This document shows, one piece after another, positions 24,301 to 36,300 of a stretch of 64,000 nt of DNA; position 1 is the stretch's first letter, and the number at the start of each line of letters is the position of its first letter. Source of the DNA: Asterias rubens (Eukaryota); the NCBI RefSeq assembly GCF_902459465.1, contig NC_047074.1, positions 12,958,001-13,022,000 of the forward strand, written 5' to 3'. A program made the position numbers and the translations under genes. The notes beneath the pieces are model-generated. The model ran no database searches, had not been told where the DNA came from, and saw only the letters and a list, made by a program, of their open reading frames with translations.

Positions 24301-27300
24301 ACAACCAGTTTTAAAACCACTTGCCTCACTTAAAATTCGATGCCCTACCAAGATGACATTATTTTAAAAGTGGTGCACCAACCCTTGATTACCTGACGTC
24401 TTAATTAGACTGTGTCACTGTGTAAAGGGTATCCAAAACATGAATCTTAAACCAAAATGCATTAATAATAATTATTGAATACATGTTATTGTCGACACAA
24501 AAGTCAGAATACATGTGGTTATTGTAATGTTGAGCTTTTAAAAGGCGCTAGACACTATTGGTAATTACTCAAAATAATTATTAGCATGAAACCTTGTAAC
24601 GAGTAATGGGGAGAGATTAGTATAAAACATTGTGAAAAAAAGGCTCCCTCTGAAGTGACGTAGTTTTCGAGAAAGAAGTAATTTTCCACGAATTTGATTT
24701 CGAGACCTCGGAATTAGTTTTTGAGTTCTCGAAATCAAGCATCTGAAATCACACAACTTCGTGTGACAAGGGTGTTTTCTTCTTCCATTATTCTCTCGCA
24801 ACTTCGACGACCAATGAGCTCAAATTTGCACAGGTTTGTTATTGTATGCATATGTTGAGATACACCAAGTAAGAAGACTGGTCTTTGACAATTACCAATA
24901 GTGTCCAGTGTCTTTAAATCAATATCAACAATGTCGGTTTTTTTCTTGTTGACGACCATTATTTTGTAAGTTGTATTAATTTAATCACCGTGTATATTTA
25001 GATATCCTGTACAAAGATGTTAAATTTGAAAACAAGGGAGTACATTTTGTTTCACCATATAGAACCAATGATACAGGAGAGAATGGGAGCATCTTGGAAG
25101 ATTTCGTCGCCAGCCCAGCTGATAGGGTTATTCAATATTTCAGGAAAATTCTTCAGTCAGATTCGCCAACACTTCCATCAGAAGAGAACATTATGACGAG
25201 ACTTCAGCCAGAAAAAGATGTACCGCCAAGTGAGTGTTCTTGGTTAGTTTTGTTTAAAGGCAGTGGACACTATTGGTAATTGTCAAAGACGAGCATTCAT
25301 AGTTGGTGTATCTCAACATATGCATAAAATAACAAACCGGTGAAAATTTGAGCTCAATCGGTCATCAAAGTTGCGAGCTAATAATGAAAGAAGAAAACAC
25401 CCTTGTCACACGAAGTTGTGTGCGTTTAGATGGTTGATTTCGAGACCTCGAGTTCTAAACTTGAGGTCTCGAAATCAAATTCGTGGAAAATTACTTCTTT
25501 CTCCAAAACTATGGCACTTCAGAGGGAGCTGTTTCTCACAATGTTTTATACCACCACCATTACTTGTCTCCCCATTACTTGTCACCAAGAAAGGTTTTAT
25601 GCTAATAATTATTTTGAGTAATTACCAATAATGTCCAATGCCTTTATAGAATTTGGGTATTTTTTCATAGATTTACATTTAACTTACAGGGTTTGAAGAT
25701 AATGATAGTGGAAAGCTTCCCTTCAAATATTACTTACTGAGGTAAGTTTTTGAGAAATTAGTCAAACAATGTCATGAAAATATATTTGCAAATGCTTAAA
25801 ATAATTTTGGTCTCATGAGACCAAAATTATTTCCATGACATTGTTTTACTCATTTCCCCAAAACTACAGCACCTCAGCACGTAATTATTTCAGGTAAGCT
25901 TTCTACTATCATTATCTTTAAACTGTGTAAGTTTAGTGTAAATCTGTGGACATTTGTGTTTGTTTGTCCTACAAAAAGTACATACACCCTTTAAAGGGTC
26001 TATGTACTTTTTCCTAACAAAAAACACAATGTCCACAGATTTATATTAAACTTACACAGTTTGAAGATTATGATAGTAGAAAGCTTCCCTTGAAATTTTA
26101 CTTACTGAGGTGCTGTAGTATTTTAGAAATGAGTAAAAGTATTAATTTTCGTCTCAGTTTTAGCATGGTCATGAGACCAAAATTATTTTGTGACTTGTTT
26201 TACTCATTTCTCAAAAACTAGACAACCTTAGTTAGTATTATTTGAAGGGAAGCTTTCCACTATCATTATCGTTAAACCCTGTATGTAAATCTGTTGACAT
26301 TTTGAAAAAGTACCCGAATCCTTTAAATGAAAGAGTAGTTTGGTAACTTTGAATTATTATGCAGCTGAAGTTTCAGAGTAAGTTACAGGCTTTTTAAGAT
26401 TACAAAATAAAAACGCACAAGTGTTGCAGTGCTACTTAGTGACAATATCTTCGCACATAATATTTAAGGCAGAATGTTTGGACATTGAATCGATGTTCAG
26501 CAATAAAATTCTTGGGAAAAGTCTCGTCGGACGTTGAAAAATGTTAAACCCTATCATGAAATCGCCACCAGCTTTCTCAGTGGATCCTTTGCATTTTATA
26601 ATAGTATAATAATTTATTGGATTCCGACTGCTAAAGTAATCGATACGAAATTGAGTTTGAGTGAATTTACCAGCTTGTTTCTTCTTTTTTTCGTACCAGG
26701 GGTAGCTGGATCTGGTACTGAAAGTCGTCGAGCTTTGGGCACCTTGATATTTGGGAACGAGGACAATACGCCAGTTCCATCAAGAAAAAGGAGAGACTTA
26801 TCCGTTGCAGTAACATCTGGTAAGTTAAAAATACAAACAAATTAAAATAGGGCGCTGTTCGCACAGCTGACATGTATTGAAAGTACTGCTCCTTGTTAAA
26901 GTACTTCCAGCTCCTTTTAACATTTTTAATAATTTTAAGTCTTTTGTGGCATGTGTGCTTTTAACATATATTTATATTTTAAAAATATTTATTGTTGTGT
27001 TTGTATTATTCAAATACAATTCGGCGTTTTGTTGTGACTTTTTAAATGTTCCGAGCAGTATGAATTAGTTTTAAGCTTCATAAATTAACTAAATGTTAAT
27101 TGGCCAATATTTATTTTTGTTTGTATTTGTATGCGACAGGTGGGGCTAGTTTGTTTGACCTCAACTTGACCCCTGGAGCCGACTCGGGCGCCTGGCAGGG
27201 TGATACGATCATTGGCGGTGGACTAACATGTAAGCTTTCCATTCTTTCTTTTGTTTACCTTTTTTTTTACCTGTGGATCTTCAAAACTAAAAACTTTAAT

Positions 27301-30300
27301 AAACTTGGCCCAATTTCAAAAAAAAATGTAAGCAGCCAGTTTTGGGTTAACGGAGCTGCCCTAAGCAAAATTTATATTTCCATTAAGCTGTTTACCGTAA
27401 GCATGAGTAAATGCTGGCTATTCCATTGTTAGCACATGAGTGACATGACAAAGCAAATCATGGTGAAATACGTTTTATGTTTTTTTTACACGCAATTTTC
27501 ACTACATTAAGCACCTCATATTGCTTACCGGTTAACAGCTTTATACAATTGGGCCCTGGTCGTTATGCATTTTTTGCTGGTCCAACTTGTCCAAATATTT
27601 TTGGGGGGCACATGCGATGATAGGGGAAACTAGTATGCATATTGTAAATATTATTCCTTTCTTTTCAAATTTACAAAGTGAAAGGTCTTGATGCTCTCGG
27701 TAATCGGATTGCGAACATGACGATTGGGGAGCTAGAGGCAATGCTGGATCTGCAAAACATCGACCTTTTTACTGTCGTTCAACTCATGAAAGATCTGCGA
27801 TCTCTTTATCGAACCTTTGTAAGTGTTCTCCGTTTTAAACCTTATTCTTGTTTAATCCTTCAAAATTTACCGGTCAGTTTCCTGAAGTGGTTTATTATTT
27901 GATATTTAATTTTAAAAATCACAGGTCTTAAAGACACTGGACACTATCGGTAATTGTCAAAGACTAGTCTTCACAGTTCAACATATCATGCATAATATAA
28001 CAAACCTGTAAAAGTTTGAGCTCAATCGGTCGTCGAAGAAATATTAATGAAAGACAGAACACCCTTGTCGCACCATGGTCACGAAGGTGTGTGCTTTCAG
28101 ATGCTTGATTTTGAGACTTCAAACTCTAAATCTGAGGTCGCGAAATCAAATTCGTCGAAAATTCTCACAATGTTGTATACTATCAAGAGCTCCCCATTAC
28201 TCGTTACAAAAGAAGGTTTTACTAATAATAATTATTTTGAGTAATTACCGATAGTGTCCACTGCCTTTAAATAGAAACACAAAATTATAAGTTGTTTTCT
28301 TCTCTAATTACTCACACAAGTGGTATATTATACAAATATTGACTGCTTCGAGTGCTATGGTTAAAACTACGACTCCCGAGGTGTTCCCCGGAGCATCTAT
28401 TTGCCCGAGGCGCAGCCGAGAGAAAATGGAACAGTCCGGGGATCACCGAGGGGGTCGGAGTTTTAATCATAGCAATAGTTAAAGCAGTCAATATTGTTTT
28501 TTATAACACCCCAACAGACTATTTATCATCTCCGTACACCTAACGTTCGTACGCGCGTTTCAGATACACAGATGCACAACTGATTGGGTTCGAGGTGGGT
28601 AAAAATATGTCTGGTCACTGCACGCCATGTGCCAAAAAGAAGTTGACTGGTATTGGTGATTTTTTTTTAAACTAACAAATGACAAACAAAAGGTCCGTAA
28701 AGTAGATATATAACAATCACTCTCCTTTGTTTATATAAAAAAATGAACAAACTGATCAACTCCTAGTAAAGGAGCTATTTCTATTTTGATAAAGTAACTC
28801 ATTTTGCAAGCTGTTCACGGAATGCTTTTTTAAACCCTGCTATACTTCCTTAGTTCTTAAGAATCAGTCGAGCTTTAACATTCCACGGACAGCTATAAAC
28901 AGTGCTTTCAGTGATACAGGCATAACTTCTCTTATTAATTATCAATTAAGCCATCGAGATTGCCCGGGCAACTATAAAGAGGTTTCATTTTGTTCAGGTA
29001 AGCAGGAAAGAATGCATGTGTCGTGTGCTTCACTTTGGTTTTTAAGGCAGTGGACACTATTGGTAATTACTCAAAATAATTATTGGCATAAAACCTTTCT
29101 TGGTGACGAGTAATGGGGAGAGGTTGATAATATAATAATACATTGTGAGAAACGGCTCCCTCTGAAGTGCCATAGTTTTCGAGGCGGAAGTATTTTTCCA
29201 CGATTTTGATTTCGAGACCTCAAATTTAGAACTTGAGGTCATGAAATCAACCATCTAAACCCACACAACTTCGTGGGACAAGGGTATTTTTTTCTTGCAT
29301 TGATATCTCGCAAGTTCGATGACCGATTGACCTCAAATTTTCACAGGTTTGTTATTTTATGCTTGTGTTGAGATACACTAACTGTGAAGGCTAGTCTTTG
29401 ACAATTACCAATAGTGTCCACTGCCTTTAAGTGCCAGTTGTTGTTTTGTTTTTAAATTATAAACCTTGGTCAACTTTGGGTTGACTCATACTGTATGATA
29501 CTAGACAAATATCTGCAAAGCTCAGTACCCTTATGGTTGCCTTATGTTTGTTTATATTTCTGACAACAGATCAGCGAATTCATTGATGTAATTATGAACG
29601 GTAATGCACATGATGCGTTCAATCAATTTGACATCGTTCTGAGTGGGGTGATTCCATTTCCAAGAAGGGAATTAGTTTTCTTTCAACATGAATGGGAAAC
29701 TTCAGTTGGTGGAATCATCATGTTAAGATTTAGTAAGTAGCTAGCCTGTCTCTTGCTCATGTAGTACCCTTTTCCCGCACCAAAAATCCATATCCTGTGT
29801 TTTAAGTTTCTAAAACCATTGGACACTTTCGGAACAGAAAAAAACAAAAATCACAGATTTACAAATAACTTACAGGGCCTACAGAAGGTAATGGTAAAAG
29901 ACTTCTCTTGAAATATTATTCCTTGATATGCTTTACTTTTTGAGAAAACATTATAACAATTATCAATTCTCGATATCGAGAATTAAGGATTTATTTTAAA
30001 CACATGTCATGACACGGCAAAACGTGCGGAAACAGAGATGGGTTTTCCCGTTATTCTCTCCTGACTCCGATGACCGATTGAGCCTAAATTTTCACAGGTT
30101 TATTATTTAATAAATAAGTTGTGATACACGAAGTGTGGGCCTTTGGAAAATACTGTTAACCGAAAGTGTCCACTGGCTTTAATATACTTTTATTTATTTT
30201 GGTTTTACACATATATGCCGATGTGTGTATAAGTAATACGCTTAGTACTTTTCCGAGTTCTGTAAAAAAGAAAACAAGAAAAGAAAAAGAAAAAAAAATC

Positions 30301-33300
30301 AAATTACTCGGGTGGTATTCAAACCCAATACCTGTGCATGTATAGAGCAGTGTCATACCAAATGAACCACTGAGATTTACCGGTAGCTAGAGGCAGTTCG
30401 AATCATATAGTTTTAGCAGCGGTTGTTGCTGTACTTTGTTCAGATGCATAATAAAAGGTATTTTATTATTTGAGTCATAAGTTACTTCTTTCGCAAACAC
30501 TACGTTACTTCAGAGGGAGCCGTTTTTGCAATGTTTTATACTACCACAGCTCACTCCATTGCTCGTTACCAAGTAAACGAGTGTAAACCAATAGTGTCCA
30601 GTGCCTTTAAAAAAACGAAAGTGACCACGGTTGTAAAAGTAATGTGTTCTTCAATGCAATTTTTATTTTATTTTACCCGCATTAACAAAATAATGGGAGT
30701 GATTTGCTTTATATAGGAATCGAAGCTGGTGGGTTTTTCGACTTGAAGATACCCGTGTCAGTTGCCCTCGTGTCAATGAAAGCCAAGGTAATGTATCGTG
30801 CACTGGTGTGTTGAGATAAAGGTAACTATTATAATTAATGGTTACCCAACTTTTATGAGTCGTTTGTGTAGGGAGCAATGTAAAGAAACTATTTTTATAA
30901 TTTTAGCCCCGAGTTATATTAATGCTGTCCTTTATTTAAATAAACTCAAATAAATATAAAGTAACAATATAATTATGAAATAGATGTGATAGCCTTAGTT
31001 TGTGTATAAACAGGGTGGTATAACACCAATGGTTGGTTGCTACGTTAGTGCAAGTGTTTCAATCGGCTTCATATTGTATGGCGAGCTGGAACTCAAGGCA
31101 GACGTCCTACACACAAGCTTTCCTACAACTGCAGAATTAATCTTTAGTAAATTCCCGCTGGATGTTGGGTAAGTCGTTGTTGTCGTTGTTGACGTTGCTG
31201 CACATAAAAACCTAACTCCCCTATTCGCCATGCCCTCATAAAGAATGATTAATATAATTTTGATTTTGCATACTGGCAGCTAAAATAGGTAAGAGGAAAA
31301 CTGTTCACGACACCCCGGCAGAAACCTTTTTTTGTGTGTGTTAAGTTTACCCTTCCAAAGTAGAAATTATGGTATATTCCCGGAAAGTTTACATGATTCT
31401 TTTTAAAGACACTGGACACTATTGGTAATTGTCAAAGACCAGACTTCTCACGTGGTGTATTTCAACATAAGCATAAAATAATAAACCTGTGAAAATTTGA
31501 GCTCAATTGGCTGTCGAAGTTGCGAGATAAAATGAAAGAAAAAAACACCCTAGGTCACTAGAAGTTTTGTGTGAAAAATACTTCTTTCTCGTAAACTACG
31601 TCCCTTAAAGACACTGGACACTATTGGTAATTGTCAAAGACTAGCCTTCACAGTTAGTGAAGCATAAAAAAGCACAAAATAACAAACCTGTAAAAAATTA
31701 AGCTCAATCGGATGTCGAAGTTGCGAGATATTAATGAAAGAAAAAAAACACCCTTGTCGCACCATGGTCACATGAAGTTGTGTGCGTTTAGATGGTTGAT
31801 GTTTTATACCCTCAACCTCTCCCCATTACTCGTTACCAAGTAAGGGTTTTTGCTAATAATTAGTTTGAGTAATTACCAATAGTGTCCACTACCTTTAATT
31901 GACAATATCCAAAGTTGTATGTTTCTATATTTGCCTTTAATCTCCAAGTCTGTGTTTGTCATCCTTAGACTCAGATTGGACATAGTGATGATCCCCTTAA
32001 TAATCCGTCTGTCAGGTAAAGTCACACTGAGTATCCCTTTCTTCGGTATAAAGAAGACGCTCTACAAGAAGGATCTGTGGCGCTACCAAGCCAACCCTAT
32101 CCATTCAAATATTTTCAATACTCGCACCAAAGAGCCTGATGAGTCTCCGCCAGAGATTATGGTCTACTCCACACCTGTTGTAAGTCACGTAAAATCTTGG
32201 TTTTTTTTTTCTCAGCGTCAATGCAGATAACTTTTCTTCTGAATGATTTGTTTTATAAATGGCCATATTGGAAACTTTTTTTAATTTTTTACCAAGAATA
32301 CACAAGTTTATTGAGTCCATTATTTATTAAAGGACAACCCTGATGAAACTACTAGCTGCTCACGGGGTACCATTGCGGCTTTTCCAATCCATCAATACTG
32401 TACTACTGTATTTTAAATTATGTGGAAATGGAAACACATCTTGAAGCAAAAATGAAATGAATGAATTTTGGAACAACACTTAATTTGATATACAAATTGA
32501 CATTAATTTTCCAAATGTAGAATGAACCATCCTCATCAGTTCAAAACGCAACACAGGGCTAGATAGCTCCAGTTAGCAGAGTGCCGACACTTTAAATAAG
32601 AGGTTACAGGTTCAAGTCCACCTATGGTCAATTGTCTTTTCTTCGACTCAAAATTATTACTAGATTTTACATTCAAATTGGATTTTGTTTTTTACACTAA
32701 AGCATATGGGCAAAAGGTCTAAGTTGCATCTCCTAAACTATGCAATTCACTCCCTAATAGCATACAAGAAAGTAGTCTTGGTTCAAGACTCTCCTGGATT
32801 TGTCACAACAGGGCGCGCTATCACCCCCAACGCGCTATCAACCACGAACCGCTATCACCCGAGAACCGCTATCACAGGAGAGTCTTGGCACATTCGTTAA
32901 ATCTCCCCCCCCCCAAAAAAAAAGGGGCGGGCTCTGCGGGAAACCTACGCACGCGCATTATGTTTCCCCCCGATTTTGGGGGGAGAATTAACGAATGTTC
33001 CAAGACTCTCCTGTGATAGCGGTTCGTGGTTGATAGCGCGTTGGGGGTGATAGCGCGCTTTCTTGTTACAAATCCAGGAGAGTCCTGAACCAAGACAAGA
33101 AATCTGCTCTCTAGAGCAGGTTCAAGTTGAAGCTCTCTGGGTAATTGTCTTTTGTTCTCCTCGAAATCAATATTAGATTTTACATTCCATTGGATTTTTG
33201 TCTATTCCTAAAGGAGGACCCCCACTCCGGAAAGAGGTCAGTAAACATTGCAGAGCCAACCAGCCATTGCAGCGTTGAGCAGGTGCCTGGTCTAGACTAC

Positions 33301-36300
33301 ACAGAGCCCGCCTTTCAACTTGAGGTGGTCGCTGCTGATGACAAGAGTCTAGTGACGTTTTTCTATCAGGTTGGGACGGTACCTGGAGGGAGTGACGTAC
33401 TCCCTGAGACAGAATATGGAGGACCATCAGCCATCATTTCACAGGTGATGATGCCTTGAGAATCACAACCGAGCCTTAGCTTAATTTGGTTCAAACCAGT
33501 GATCATTTTGCCCCCATTTTCTTTTAGATTAAAGTTAGTATCTTATCTTTTTGCCAACTCCAGAGGTATCTGAGACAGTTGTTTCATAATGATAGAACCG
33601 CTGCTCTGCACCTTACCTTGAAAACACCAATTTCAAACGCTGTACAAAACATTTGAGTATATTTAGTGACAAATCATTCTCTATTAATTTGACACGAGCC
33701 TGTTTCAATTTCAATTTTAATTTCAATATTGGTTCATTTTCATATAAAAATACAAGACCAAATAAAAAGTCATAGACTAATGGCATTTGGTTAACAATAA
33801 AATTACATCAAAAATCCAATACAAGTTAACATGATAAGACAATAATTATTATTAAAAATATTACTATAGTGGTTTATTTTACTTAATTTAGTCTGATTTT
33901 TAAGCCTGAAAGTTTTAAAGATTTGTTTGCATCCTGTTCTGTCCACAGACCCTACTCGGTGGCCACCCACTTCACTTCACTGTCTACGCCATGAACAACG
34001 GTGGAGGTACCTCAACCGCAACCTGCAGCCTGCCGACCTTTGACGTCACCCTCCCAACGGGTCGTATTACTCCTGACTTCACTTCCACCAGTCACCCACA
34101 CATCCTTCGTGCCTCAGCAGTGGTGTATGATGACTCTGTCATTTTGATGCAGAAAGAAGGAGTTGGGTTTGGACCCGAGATCTGGGGTGATCAGATTGTA
34201 CCCTGGCACACGATTGACGTCACAGAGCGAGAACAACTTGGAACCTCAAGTAACTATAACAAAGACATATGTCACTTTCTCTTGACAATTTCATGCAATT
34301 ACAAAATCGGCTTTACTCATGTAAACGTAAGGCCCTGAAAGATTGCAAAACATGTTCAGGGGTGGATTTCACAAAGAGTAGGACTAGTCTTATCTCGAGT
34401 TTAGGACGAGTTACTAGTCCTAACTTAGGACTAGCTGTACGTTTTTGGTATCTCTTAGGACTAGTCCTAAAGTTTGGACTAGTCCTAACTCTTTGTGAAA
34501 TCCACCCCAGCTTTGGTTGCAATCGACCCATAAGCAACTGGTGGTTGAACTATTTGACTCAATGAGATATAATATACCGAACTGTTCATATATTTGTGGT
34601 CATAGCAAAACAGAAAAAGAATGTTTTAAAATACTCATGTCTAATTATTTATCATTTTTCAATCACTTGTTACAGTCAACGACTTTCACTATTTTACCAC
34701 CGCCAAGAAAGGACGCCTCATCTCAACACCAACATCAACCATCACTCACATTAATCCTAACTTCTGTGCCCGTGACTGCCTCGCTCTTCCAGAGACAAAG
34801 TGTCTAAGTATCAACTATGACTACGATTCCAAGATGTGTGAACTCCTTGAAGAGATCGAGGGCCATGGGGTCGAAGTTCATGAGGTACATGTTGCTATAG
34901 ATTTGTATAATTTAATATTTATACAGTAAGTTTTCAGGCTAAAACTACACATCGATGTGTTTATCCTTACCAATGCTGAATATACCTTTAACAAGTAACT
35001 GTACCTTGTAAGTATAATGTTGTTCCTGCTGATTTGTTTGCATTTTGAATCAAGTTTGACAAGTTCACTCATTATGAGCGTCTCGGTATTGGACACGCTG
35101 TTGAGTTTAACCACGAGTCCCTCCTGCTCGATCACAACAACATCTACTACTTCAACATTGAGCTCCTGAACTATGTAGCGTATGAGAACATCGTGTCATC
35201 TGTGGGTATCGTGGCAGACTTTACAGCTCCAGAGCCTGGTTTGATCGGCAATGCATCGAGGGACGAGGTGGTACATGAGTCGTGTGTTCAGTTTACTCCT
35301 GATGAATGGGAGAGACGATGTATTGAGGAAACACCTCTTGATAATCATAGGTAAGCCAAGAAACCTCGATACTTCTGCTTTGGTCCAGGGAAAACTAAAC
35401 AGAGAATTTGGTTGGGTTTTGCGTGATCTTGGTTAAATCCAACTGGGTTCCCAGTTAAACCAAATAGTCTCAGACCAACCGCGACCGTATTTAAATAAAT
35501 TTGGGATCCCGGAAAATTAAAACTTGTGTCCCGGTCTGTCAAACCCGAATCCCGGGGGAAATCCAACGTGTTAAAATTGACTTTGCATATACACTGGTCC
35601 AGTGGACCAATCATCATGTTGTTCCAGTGAGCTATGTCCCCACATGGGCAGTAAACGGCAGTGCCTATATTATGCGCAAAGCACAAAGGTTTATGCAATC
35701 ATAAACGTTTGATTTTTGAGGAAGTTTCAAAGTCTTTTTTAGGAATGTGTTCTTTCAAAAGTCTCTTATCTACTAAGACCGCATAATTATGTAGTGTTAT
35801 CCCCATGTTAGAGTTAAACGTAAAGGCAGGACATTTCTTGCTTTATACGTACATAAAATGTACGTGTCTAGTGTTTTTCTTTTTTCTTTTTTGTATATAA
35901 GATACATTATCGATGGGCCTGGTTCAATGACTGTCTTCAATGGTGAGATGGAATTGGTGGACATGCTGTATACAAGAAGCAATGGCTACATGGCAGGTAA
36001 CCTGACTAAATAGATCAATGCTAAACCATCTTTTTTGAAGATTTTTACAAAAGTTAAAAATATAGAATCTGTAGTTTTAAATTTAGATCGCTTTTATATC
36101 ACTTTCTCTCATTTGTAAACTGCTGATTTGTAGCAGAATTTGTAAATGTGTTTTTACTTCTTATCTAAGCAAACTGGGATGGTATCCATGATAACGAGAC
36201 TGGTATCCATGGCTACACTTGGTCCATTGGTTACAACGTGTGTAATGATGACGTCAGCAGCCATATAGATCCTCATGCACACCTGTTTGATGAATCACAA

